From: Octopus vulgaris
Lineage: Eukaryota
Assembly: GCA_951406725.2 (NCBI GenBank)
Contig: OX597814.1
Coordinates: 207,328,001-207,392,000, forward strand
Length of the DNA stretch: 64,000 nt
Reading direction: 5' to 3'
Shown: piece after piece, positions 52,111-64,000 of the stretch
Layout: each line of letters begins with the position of its first letter
How positions within the stretch are numbered: the stretch's first letter is position 1
Notes under the pieces: generated by a model
What the model saw: the letters and a program-made list of their open reading frames with translations, nothing else
Told to the model about the DNA's origin: nothing
Database searches by the model: none
Made by a program: the position numbers and the translations under genes

Positions 52111-54269
52111 TGTATATATACATATTGTGAAGGCGCATGGCTCAGTGGTTAGAGCGTCGAGTTTACGATCGTGAGGTTGTGAGCTCGAATCCCGGACCGG
52201 GCTGCGTGTTGTGTTCTTGAGCAAGACACTTTATTTCACGTTGCTGCAGTTCACTCAGCTGTAGAAATGAGTTGCAACGTCACGGGTGCCAAGCTGTATC
52301 GGCCCTTGCCTTTCCCTTGGATAACACTGGTGGCGTGGAGAGGGGAGGCCGGTATGCATGGGCGACTGCTGGTCTTCCATAAAACCACCTTGCCCAGACT
52401 TGTGACTAGGAGGGTAACTTTCTAGGTGCAATCCCATGGTCAGTGTCGTGACCGAAGGGGGTCCCAGATATACATATATAAATATATAAAATATATAAAA
52501 ATATATAAAAATATAAATATATAAAAAGCACCCACTACACTCACGGAGTGGTTGGCGTTAGGAAGGGCATCCAGCTGTAGAAACACTGCCAGATCTGACT
52601 GGGCCTGATGAAGCCTTCTGGCTTCACAGACCCCAGTAGAACCGTCCAACCCATGCTAGCATGGAAAGCGGACGCTAAACGATGATGATTATGATGATGA
52701 TAAAATAACGAGCTACACCTCATTTCTTACAGCCCTATTCCACCTAACCAAGTAGAATATGATGCCATATAAGGTAAGATATTCATAGAAAAAAAGACAA
52801 TCATTTTATTTCTTGATAAAAATAAACAAATGAAAATAAATAAAATTTACAGGTCAGCCATTGTTAACTTCACATGGAAGCTAACAGAGTCTGACGGGCC
52901 AAATGATAAACTGTATAATGGTCCAGCTTATTCAGTAGTGAATACCAATATAGGTATACAGCTGAGAATGAGGACCAAAAGATATACCAAAGAGAAGAAA
53001 AGGAAGAGGTGATGATAATGGTGGTGAGCTGGCAGAAACGTTAGCACGCCGGGCGAAATGCTTTGTGGTATTTCGTCTGCCGTTACGTTGTGAGTTCAAA
53101 TTCCGCCGAGGCCGACTTTGCCTTTCATCCTTTCGGGGTCGATAAATTAAGCACCAGTTACGCACTGGGGTCGATGTAATCGACTTAATACCTATGTCTG
53201 TCCTTGTTTGTCCCCCTCTGTGTTTAGCCCCTTGTGGGTAATAAAGAAATAGGTAATGGTGGTGATGATGGTGATGATGAGTATGAATTTGTTTAATTGG
53301 GTGTAACACTCCAGCAATTCCTTTGGAAGAGAACTTGATAAAAATACTGCGACTAAGCTCTGTTTGAAGCAAATATCTTTCTGATATCTCTAGAACATTT
53401 TTCTTTATTGTATTATTTGATTTTCATTAAATTTTAAAACTCTTATCGTTATCATCATAATTCATACCACCACTATCGTCGCCACCATCACCATGATCAC
53501 CACCTACTGCAGGTCAATCCATTCTCCTTCACGTGCCTATCCACACACTCTCCATGCCCTACCGTACCCACCACCCAGCCACACCAATTTCCCTCACCAT
53601 TACTTGCTACAGTCACCTCTTCCCCATCTTTAAACATCTCCCTTCACATTCTTTTGGAACATTTCCCTTCTATCCACTCTGTACCATTTATATTCCCCCT
53701 ACTGTTCCTGCATCCCCCTGATGCATCTTCAACACCATCTATTTCTCTCTCTCTCTCTCTCTGTTTCTCTAACTCTATCTCTCTTTTCTCTCTTTTCTTT
53801 TCCTACTGGGGTAGCCAAGTATCTTCTTCATCTATATCCCTCTATTATGTTCTAACCTCTCACCTAGCATAATGCCACTTCCCATCAGTCTAATCTCTCT
53901 ACCAGCTGAAGTCTTCTTTTTGCAAGTTACTAGGTGGCCCCACTGATGTTGGTGCCACACAAAAAGAACCAGTGCTAATGCCATATAACAAGCACCCAGT
54001 ATATTTTGTAAAGTGGTTTGCATTGGAAAGGGTATCCAGCTATAGAAACTATTCCAAAGAAGACAATGGAGCCTGGTACAGCCCTCCAGCCTGCCAGTTC
54101 TTGTCAATTCATTCAACCCATACCAACAATATATGCTGGCATGGACTGGGCAAACCATCTTAGTCAAAGTCAGTTCTTATTTGGTATCACTGCTGTCTTG
54201 CTCATACATTTCATGTTTTATTATTCATTTACTTTTTTATTATTTATTTATTTATATATTTATTTTCAG

Positions 54270-54339
54270 AGATGATTTTGACTATGCTGCATTTAAAAGG
54301 GAATTGAGCAGAACCCTAATGAATGAAGATTCTGATTGA
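54270..54339 (+). CDS. SNX10/11-like terminal exon (DDFDYAAFKRELSRTLMNEDSD*)
   Basis: ttttcAG acceptor, phase-compatible; AATAAA at 54680; total protein 193 aa. Confidence 0.75.
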
Positions 54340-55526
54340 TTTATGAAATTCTGAATAAGGACTGAGAAACCCCAACCAATTTCTGAAGTTACTTTGTCTG
54401 TAACTTGAGTAACTTTTGAAAAAGTTTCCAATATATGAAATGTTGTTTTTACATTTATTTTCAAATGCCAAGAAAATCAGAAAAATATAATACTTTTTTT
54501 CTGCCTAAGGGGTTTTTAAACGATTATTTACACGTTATTATTCATAGCATTATCTACTTCAAGTTCCCCTGTTCCAATACAACACCATTTGGCAAGAAAT
54601 TTTGTAGCTAGTTCTCTTGTCTATTATCATTGTCATCATTTCCATCTTCCTCGTTCTCATTTTCATTTATAACATGAAGAATAAAACACAAGAAAATAGA
54701 AATAGTAGGAAATTAGTTTGCCACAGTGTTACTCTTTGAGCAGTATTATGACAATTTAGTTTTCACTTCAAATATTAATGTCTTGTATACAAAATTCATG
54801 GAATACCATACAAGATATTTATTTACCAAACTCTTTACCCTTTAGCATTTAAACCAGCCTTAACCAGTCAAGATACTCTACCTGTTTTATATTTAAACTA
54901 ACCAGATCCTACCTCTCACACCTACCCTATGACACCATTCTAAAAATAAACAATCACATCACCATAATCTCAAAACTAAATGTCATAAATAATGGTGACA
55001 AATAAATTATACACCGCCAGAAGTTGTTGTTGATAAACAACAGCAGTAATTTTATTCAGTGAATACACGTCACTGATTGGTTGAATTGACCGAAATACGA
55101 CAACTTTAACACAAAATAACTTTGAAAATACAAACTTTTCTCAACAACACTAAGAGTAAAAGATGTTTTATATGACACATTCTACCTGTGTCCGAAGTTT
55201 GAAAGTGTTTAGTTACAAAAAATTAGTTTCTCGATCTGCTGTTCAAAGGGTATAATGATCTACAATTTTTTATACACTGAATTGTTTGGTAAACCAGGCT
55301 GAGAAAAGTTCCCTAAAAATATGCCAGTGACTGTATTGTATAGAATGTTTGTTAGTAGTACAAGCTTTTTGATAAGTTTGGTGAGTCATATGTGAGATGA
55401 GTGAGCCAATGAACTTGTAAAACATGTAACTGTTGTTATCTGGTGTTATGCTGCAGATACCTGAGGCTATAAAAGTACGATATTGTTTCTGCTGAAAGAT
55501 TACATTCACAAAACTACAGAGATTAA

Positions 55527-55770
55527 CCCATTCATGCTGAAACTTTTCTAGTGAATGAAATTGCCTGAAAATTCACAGATACGATTATTTCGACCTAAAT
55601 AACAACTGCAAAAATTTCATTGAAGTCCATTTGATACAGACTGCATACGCGTTAAGAGCATATTTAATTCTTTGATACAGATCATACACAAATCACAATT
55701 TATATCAAGTAATTGTTTTATACCTTTATAAATTAAGTGTCAGTTTAAACGGACGATTGGCATGAATGGG
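55527..55770. mobile_element. piggyBac-type MITE, family 3
   Basis: TTAA-CCCATTCATGC...GCATGAATGGG-TTGA. Confidence 0.75.
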
Positions 55771-58700
55771 TTGATAGCAATAGTCCTTTCCAAATCTTTC
55801 AATGTCTTGTTGCAGTTGATTATATTAAAAGATTAAGAGAGACAATTTAATGTAGACATTTCTCACCCAAATGTAGCATTGAGAAACAGACATTTAACTG
55901 AAGGTAATGATGTTCATGATCATGACAATGATAATGATGATGATGACAATGATGATGATATCAATAGCATACTGTGATTATTGTCATAAGGTATGCACTG
56001 TGCTGGTATATTGAACCTATATCTCTACTATATATATATATACACAAATATAACTTTTAAATAAACATGGTTTTAAACTTATTTCTGTGTATGTATTATG
56101 AGATTTAGACACAGATCACAACCAGGTATTGCAAGAACAGAGTTATTATTGTAAAGAAAATCAGTTTCAGTTTAAGAATTTCCAATGAATTTATATTTAG
56201 AACTCGATGATCACAAGATGTGTGCTAGTGGAATGATGCTCACACTCAGTCCTTGCCTTTTTTCACTCTCACATAATCTTACCATCAGCCAGTGCCACAT
56301 TATAACACAACATGAGGATGTGCACTGCTGTCTGAAAACAACTATCACAATATTTCATAAGAAAGCAAATAAAATATATTTTTCCATTATAATCAATGAT
56401 TATATTATTTGGTGAGCTAAATATTTATGGTAGGTGTGATACCTACACCAAGAATATGTTGATTATATGTCCCTTGGTTAATATGTATATCTCAATGTTT
56501 AAATATTATCAAACACATTTTTATAATAAAATATTTAATTACTATATTTCCTTGTGATATTCTTTGTTTCCTACCTTTCCTTGTTAAAAAAAAATGAAAT
56601 TAAAATGATACTGCAAAGATAACCATTTTCTAACCATATTTCTATTAAAATACACTGTCTATGTTTCTCAATTAATTTTGAAAATAATCAAGAATTAGGA
56701 AGTATTTAGCAAAATGACTGACATCTTCATTATTATGATGCTTGTTTCATAACATGATTAAATGTTCTTAGATAAAATTATGATGGTTTATATTTTTGAT
56801 ATAAACACTTCAGAAACAGATTTTTATCATAGACTTAAACAGGTGAAATATTTCTAGTATGGCTTAAAGGAAAAAAGGCAGTAGCTATAACCTTTATAGG
56901 ATCTCCACGTCTCACAGAAGAAAGAGGTCAAAAACTATGACCCATGAGTTGGTGCTGTCAGAAGTCACACACATGAAGATATAAAGATATGTACACTCCA
57001 GAAACCTGACCTTGATTCTTGCTACACACCAAGACGTCTCTACAAATACAACTAGAAGCTTCTTCCTCTAATCAGAAAGCACTTCCCAAACACCAGTAAG
57101 CACTACAAGCTTTTTAATGTTCACAACATTAAAGTTTGCTACTCCTGCCTAAATAATATTGCTTCTAGCATTGCCTACCATAATAGATTGCACACACATT
57201 TATGCTGATCCTATTTTATGGCCCACTCATCAATTGTCAATATTCCACTAAATGTCTGTTGGGTAGATCCTGCCTCTCCAAGGTTGTGGGAGGTAGAGCT
57301 GACCTTTCATCACCCAATGGTATCAGGAAAAATTATATAGGCCTCACATTCAATGACTTTCACAGCACATGCACTCCTTCAGATGCAGGCAAATCTCAAC
57401 CTCCCTGTCTTAATTCAAATGGAGACTCTAAGACTAAGGAAACAACTTCCTTAATAGCACATGGAACAGCCTTAACAGGGCTTGCTTAATCACCTGGTGC
57501 ACATAATTCCCAGCTCTTCCTCCATGAGAAGCTGCACATATTGCAACAGTCAACAGTGTCCAGCAATATGAAAACTGACATATTGGTTTTTGTTGCTATC
57601 AAAGAAATATCATGTTAATTAAATTCAAATTATTGGCTGTTAGTACAGCTGAAATACCACCATAACTCTGTCTGGCCCATATGTAAACACAGAATACATT
57701 ATCCCTACTTGCTAATGGTCATATTGTTTCCTCTTCATAACCTTCAGTGTTGTTTACCATTGCTTGTATATAACAGCAAAAGCAGTCACACAATATACCA
57801 AGTAAACTGACAACACCAGTCAGTTAACCACACAGCATAGAATAGCATTAGCAAGCATACATCATCTATTATCCCTGACCTGTCAATTGATAGGCCAGCT
57901 GGTGCTTCTAAGCTGTCCATTCTCTCACATGCAAGAACATCTTTTGTCACTAATCTGTCGACTTTCATATGTAACATATGTAACCAGTGGAGGCTCTTGA
58001 TCTCTTCACATTGATCTCAAGGTTTCTGATGCATTGGATATATAGATATATGTGCATGAATCTTTAAGTAATGAAGGAGTGATTCAACCTGTTAATACAT
58101 GTATTTAACTTCCACATATGTTGAGTGAGTAAGGCAGCAAGCCAGCAAGAATCGTTAGCACACCAGGCAAAATACTAAACAGCATTCTGTTTGTCTTTAT
58201 GTTCTGAGTTCAAATTCTATCAAGATCAGCTCTACCTTTCATCTTTTTGGGGTCAATAAAATAAGTACCAGCTGGATGCTGATATAATCAAGTTAATCCA
58301 TCTGCTGAAACTGCTGGCTTTGTACCAAAATTTGAAACTAGTGAGTGTTGAGTGTATTAATTTTTTAAATTTGTTTCTTCATCTAAAGATTACATTTATG
58401 TGTTAGGTTAGCAGATTGTCATTGGGACAGAAGATGTAAGGTTCAAGTCTCACAAGAAGTCTTCAGCTTTTTTCCCCAAGATTTTCAATGCAATATATTA
58501 CAAACTATTATTTATAGCTGTATTCACCACAAGATACACCATTAAATAATTTATTTACATATTTATTGATGATTCTACGTTTGTAATCTAAATGTAAATG
58601 AGTATGTCTAAATGTGTGTGTGTGTGTGTGTGGTCAACAGAATCAGCCGAAGCAATTATTGGAATATTTGTTCTAGTGGTTTCATAAGAATAAATTTCAT

Positions 58701-60919
58701 AGTCTGGAAACATTTGAGCAAAAGTAATTATTTTTAAATAGACTATTCAGAAGGGTAGAATAATATCTACAGCAAAAATTAAAAACATAATACGAGGAAG
58801 AAAGAAATTCCAGAGAGAGAGTTGGCCAAATATTTAATGCAGAATTTTGGAGGAGAAACAAATAGTAATGAATTTATCAAGTGAGGCTGAATAAAGAGAG
58901 GAAGCAAATAGTTTGTTCTGGAGAGCAGAGGCTATGGTCATAATAGTAGAAGCAGGGATAAGATGCAGCACATCTGTTGTAGGTATATAGGTGGGGGAAT
59001 TTTTGTTAATCAATCAAATGATGTTTTGGCGGTAGTTTAGGTCATTATTACATGTAGCAGTAGCACCACCTGGGACAAAAATTTAAATATTGCAAAGCTA
59101 AAACTAATTATCCTCTTACTGTCTAGTATCTGTCTCGACTCACTTCTCAGACTAATGAGACAACATAGTCAACAATATCATAAATCTCTGCTTGCATTCT
59201 TAATTCAAATCCTGTCTTTCTAATTTGCATTCTGAATTCAACAAAACAAATATCAGTAGAGAAAATAGGTATTGTAGTTGAAGTCATCATCTCTGAACTA
59301 CAACACACTACACCAGTGTGGTCACAGTCCAATCACTGAAACCAATAAATAAATAAAATAATCAGAGCGGCTATCCGGCCTCCATGCTGGTGGCACGTAA
59401 AAGACACCATTCGAGCATGATCATTACCAGAATCGCCTTACTGGCACCTGTGCCAGTGACATGTGTAAAAGATTTGAGCAAGGTCGTTGCCAGTACCGCC
59501 TGACTGGCATGTAAAAGCACCCACTACACTCTCGGAGTGGTTGGCGTTAGGAAGGGCATCCAGCTGTAGAAACTCTGCCAGATCAAGATTGAAGCCTGGT
59601 GCAGCCATCTGGTTCACCAGCCCTCAGTCAAATCGTCCAACCCATGCTAGCATGGAAAGCGGACACTAAATGATGATGATGATGATGATGATAGGTGCAG
59701 GCATGGCTGTATGGTAAAGATGTTTATTTCAAACCACTTTTGTTTCAAGTTCAGTCCTCTTGTGTAGTACCTTGGGCAAGTGTCTTCTATTGTAGTCCCC
59801 AGCTAATCAATACCTTGTGAATGATATTGGGAGATTGGTTGAAGAATACTGTATAGATCATCATATGTGTGTGTGTATACATACATACCCACACACACAT
59901 GCATATATATATATATATATAATAATGTAACACAATAAAATACATATATTGGACTACCATGAAATGTTTTGAAGATTGGCCTGTTAGTTTACCTCTTAGC
60001 ACACATATATAGATGTACACATACATATTTATATTTTATATACATGCAAATGTTGATGTAACATCTATGTAACTAACAAGATTATGAAACAGCTGTAAAC
60101 AAATGGAATATCTATTCTCTCAACTCACTTCTCTTATCTGTTCTATTCATATATATACACACATATATATATCTGTGTGTATGAATATATGTATGGCAAT
60201 ATTACTTTACTCTTTCTCTCACTTTTTCCAAATATAAATATTTATTTCTTTATTGCCACCAAGGGTCTAAACATAGAGGGGACAAACAAGGACAGACAAA
60301 TGGATTAAGTCGATTACATCGACCCCCAGTGCATAACTGGTACTTATTTAATGAACTCTGAAAGGATGAAAGGCAAAGTCGACCTTGGCGGAATTTGAAC
60401 TCAGAACATAGTGGCAGACGAAATACCACTAAGCATTTTGCCCGGCGTGCAAATGATTCTGCCAGCTCACCGCCTTTTTCCACATATAAATATTGTCAAC
60501 ACAGACTAACACCCATTTCCTCAGGATTTTGCTTTAGTGTGTATGTGTGGGTATGTGTGTGTGTGTATGTGTGTGCACATCTGAATACTGACATTCCACA
60601 ACTTCACTTTTACTGCTTGAGTGAAACAGTAAAATGTATGCAGACACACACACACACACACATATACATATGCACACAAAGACACACATATATGTAGACA
60701 TGTGTATAAAAGATGACAAGGGAATAACTAATTGCCTCGTAAACTAATGAAGTTCATAAGACAATCACTTATTCCTTTGTCATCTCTTATCTTATCACCA
60801 CTCTGTACCCAACTAACGCTTCGTTCTGTTGCATACATATATTGAGTTCTACACCAGGTTATTAGTCTCACAATGCCTAAGCAAAATATTAAAATACATG
60901 TGTGTATATATATATATTA

Positions 60920-61070
60920 TTACATCAAGGGCTACTACTATAAATAAAGCCACATGTTGTAAAGAGACTCTAAAGTCAAACTGCTTCAACAAGTATACAC
61001 GCATGTATATACTTGTTGAAGTAGCTTGACTTTAGAGTCCCACTGCTTATAGTAATAGCTCTTGATGTAA
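60920..61070. repeat. Long imperfect hairpin
   Basis: Inner arms of ~33 bp (60966-61039) plus outer 24-bp arms. Confidence 0.8.
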
Positions 61071-61243
61071 CAATGTATTTTATATATATATAAATATTAC
61101 ATACTTTGCATTAATTGGTTTTACACACTGGCTACTTGACAAAATCTTGTATAGGTTCTGTCCTTATATTTTGTGTGTATGTGTGTGCATGTGTATATAT
61201 ATAGTGTATATATATATATATGAGTAGTTGAATGAATTATCTT

Positions 61244-64000
61244 CATCATCATCATCATCATCGTTTAACGTTCGCTTTCCATGCTAGCATGGGTTGGACG
61301 GTTCAACTGGGGTCTGTGAAGCTGGAAGGCTTCATCAGGCCCAGTCAGATCTGGCAGTGTTTCTACGGCTGGATGCCCTTCCTAACGCCAACCACTCCGT
61401 GAGTGTAGTGGGTGCTTTTTACGTGCCACCCGCACAGGTGCCAGACAGAGCTGGCAAACGGACACGAACGGATGGTGCTTTTACATGTCACCGACATGGG
61501 GGCCAGACAGGGCTGGCAAACGGCCACGAACGGATGGTGCTTTTACGTGTCACCGGCACGGGGGCCAGACAGAGCTGGCAAACGGCCACGAGCGGATGGT
61601 GCTTTTACGTGTCACCGGCACGGGGGCCAGGCAGAGCTGGCAAACGGCCACAAACGGATGGTGCTTTTATGTGTCACCGGCATGGGGGCCAGGCCAGGCT
61701 GGCAACGAACACGAACGGATGGTGCTTTTACGTGCCACCGACACGGGGGCCAGACAGGGCTGGCAAACGGCTACAAACGGATGGTACTTTTACGTGTCAC
61801 CTGCACGGGGGCCCTGATGTTGATCGACCTCAATTTGGTTTGATCTTGATTTTGACTGTTCTCACTGGTCTTGCCGGGTTTTCTCACGCACAGCATACCT
61901 CCAAAGGTCTCGGTCACTGGTCATTTCCTTGGTGAGACCTAAAGTTCGAAGGTCGTGCTTCACCGCCTCGACCCAGGTTTTCCTGGGTCTACCTCTTCCA
62001 CAGGTCCCCTCAACTGCCAGGGTGTGGCACTTTCGCACACAACTATCTTCAGCCATTCTCATCACATGACCATACCAGCGCATACGTCTCTCTTGCACAC
62101 AACAACTGATGCTTCTTAGGTTCAACTTTTCTCTCAAGGTACTTACACTCTGTCGATTATGAACACTGACGTTACACATCCATCGGAGCATACTAGCTTC
62201 ATTTCTTGCGAGCTTACGCAAATCCTCAGCAGTCACAGCCCAAGTTTCACTACCATGTAGCATGGCTGTACGTACACATGCATCATACAGTCTGCCTTTT
62301 ACTTTGAGCGAGAGGCCTTTTGTCACCAGCAGGGGTAAGAGCTCTCTAAACTTTGCCCAGGCTATTCTTACTCTAGCAGTTATACTTTCAGCACACCCGC
62401 CCCCGCTACTGACTTGGTCACCTAGGTAACGGAAACTATCAACTACTTCTAGCTTTTCTCCCTGGAAAGTGACGGAAGTTGGTCTCAGAGCATTTTCAGT
62501 GTTAATTGTTCCTGAGCATCTGCCACATACAAAAACCATCTTCCTAGTTAGCCTTCCTTTGACATTGCTGCACCTCTTATGTGTCCATAGCTTACACTTG
62601 GTGCATCTTATAGAGTTTCTACCTACACCTTTTCTACAGATCGAGCAGGGCCATCTACCTGAAGGCGTTTGTGATTGGTCTACCTTCCTACTTATTAGGA
62701 CTTTGGTTTTGGCTAGGTTGATTCTAAGGCCCTTCGATTCTAAACCTTGTTTCCATACCTGAAACTTCTCCTCTAGTTCTGATAGAGACTCAGCAATTAG
62801 AGCAAGGTCATCAGCATAGAGGAGCTCCCAGGGGCATCCTGTCTTGAATTCCTCCGTTATTGCCTGGAGGACTATGATAAATAGGAGGGGACTGAGGACT
62901 GAACCTTGGTGGACCCCAACCTCTACCCTGAATTCTTCACTGTACTCGGTGCCAACCCTCACCTTACTAGCAGCGTCTCTGTACATGGCTTGTACAGCTT
63001 TCACTAACCATTCATCTATCCCTAGTTTCCTCATTGACCACCAGATGAGGGATTGGGGGACCCTGTCAAAGGCTTTCTCCATATCAACAAAAGCCAGGTA
63101 TAGGGGCTTGTCTTTGGCTAGGTATTTCTCTTGCAGCTGTCTTACCATGAAAATAGCATCAGTAGTACTTTTCCCTGGCACGAACCCAAACTGCATCTGA
63201 TCTAGGCTAACTCTCTCTCTAATTAGTTGGGCTATAACCCTCTCCGTAACCTTCATTACCTGATCCAGCAGCTTGATACCCCTGTAGCTATTTGTATCTA
63301 GGGCATCACCTTTACCTTTGTAGCAGCTGACTATTATGCTGCTACACCAGTCATTGGGAATGACTCCTTCGTGTATCACCTGGTTAACTATACGGGTGAC
63401 TAGGCTATAGCCGACACTACCAGATATTTTGAGCATCTCTGCAGCAATTCCTGATGGGCCTGGGGCTTTCCCTGTTTTCATGCTTTTAATTGCCTTATCT
63501 ACTAAGGAACTGTCAACTCGGATTGCTGGTCCCTCTGTTGGGTCAACATTCGGCAGACTCTCTTTATCCCATTCATTTTCCTCATTCAGCAACCTTTCAT
63601 AGTGGCTTCTCCAAACCTCTCTCTTTGCATCCTCATTTAGCGCAAGTGAGCCGTCATCCGTGCGAACACATTTTTCTCCTACCACATCACGATTCTCTCT
63701 CACACACTGTCTTGCTATACGAAATACCTCAAGTCTTTCATCCTCACGGCGCAGGACATTGGCAAATTTTTTCCTATCTGCTTCCCCTCTGGCTAAATAA
63801 ACCTGCCTCCTAGCTTCCCTTCTTGCAGTCTGATACACTTCCCTGCTACCACCGTTCTTCCAGCCCTTCCAAGCCTGTTTCTTTTGTCTAATAGCCCTGT
63901 CAACAGTATTGTTCCACCACCACGTTATTTTGGGTCTTGTGGGGACTTTGCACCAGCCGCAGATCTGGTCAGTGGCTTTCAGCAGGTTGTCCCTTAGAAG
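61244..64000 (-). mobile_element. Young RTE-clade LINE; 5' part extends beyond the window
   Basis: Uninterrupted RT ORF, 3'UTR with about seven ~62-bp units, (GAT)n tail. Confidence 0.95.
61862..64000 (-). CDS. RTE LINE reverse transcriptase ORF (partial, at least 712 codons) with a PHD-like finger
   Basis: KAPGPSG, YRGIKLL, QFGF, FVDMEKAFD, QGSVLSP, YADD and YLG motifs; frame stays open to the window edge. Confidence 0.95.
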   Translation of the reverse strand, partial: LLRDNLLKATDQICGWCKVPTRPKITWWWNNTVDRAIRQKKQAWKGWKNGGSREVYQTARREARRQVYLARGEADRKKFANVLRREDERLEVFRIARQCVRENRDVVGEKCVRTDDGSLALNEDAKREVWRSHYERLLNEENEWDKESLPNVDPTEGPAIRVDSSLVDKAIKSMKTGKAPGPSGIAAEMLKISGSVGYSLVTRIVNQVIHEGVIPNDWCSSIIVSCYKGKGDALDTNSYRGIKLLDQVMKVTERVIAQLIRERVSLDQMQFGFVPGKSTTDAIFMVRQLQEKYLAKDKPLYLAFVDMEKAFDRVPQSLIWWSMRKLGIDEWLVKAVQAMYRDAASKVRVGTEYSEEFRVEVGVHQGSVLSPLLFIIVLQAITEEFKTGCPWELLYADDLALIAESLSELEEKFQVWKQGLESKGLRINLAKTKVLISRKVDQSQTPSGRWPCSICRKGVGRNSIRCTKCKLWTHKRCSNVKGRLTRKMVFVCGRCSGTINTENALRPTSVTFQGEKLEVVDSFRYLGDQVSSGGGCAESITARVRIAWAKFRELLPLLVTKGLSLKVKGRLYDACVRTAMLHGSETWAVTAEDLRKLARNEASMLRWMCNVSVHNRQSVSTLREKLNLRSISCCVQERRMRWYGHVMRMAEDSCVRKCHTLAVEGTCGRGRPRKTWVEAVKHDLRTLGLTKEMTSDRDLWRYAVREKTRQDQ

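Noticed and set aside
52128-52205. tRNA-like sequence with A and B boxes
   Set aside because: Head of a multi-copy SINE continuing into the SINE body; not a standalone tRNA gene
56880-58060. Moderate-GC region that might hold exons
   Set aside because: No consistent frame or splice pattern; more likely an old LINE relic that I cannot classify
62469-63813. Plus-strand ORFs overlapping the LINE
   Set aside because: Antisense shadows of the RT ORF with no independent motif

Overview
AT-rich, repeat-dense eukaryotic DNA, very probably an octopus/coleoid cephalopod (inferred from the SINE families, the (GAT)n-tailed RTE LINE and the microsatellite load). Two spliced + strand genes were reconstructed by hand. 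The first is the 3' end of flotillin-1 (exons 779-824, 2036-2173, 4060-4227, two candidate terminal exons at 5041 and 7020, and a ~3.8 kb 3'UTR). The second is a complete 193-aa PX-only sorting nexin of SNX10/11 type (six coding exons, 34748-54339) with a degenerate phosphoinositide pocket. The window ends inside a young RTE LINE whose ORF is open for at least 712 codons and carries a C4HC3 PHD-like finger after the RT domain. The rest is SINEs, LINE tails, Tc1/mariner, MULE, hAT, Helitron and piggyBac-type relics, and microsatellites. The strongest leads are six dissimilar type-I hammerhead-ribozyme-like motifs near (TA)n tracts, a GGTAT bias at the target sites of one SINE family, several long fold-back hairpins, and a DR1/HNF4-like site cluster upstream of the SNX gene. 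Most ORFs in the supplied track are spurious. All calls are by eye; no database search or folding program was run.
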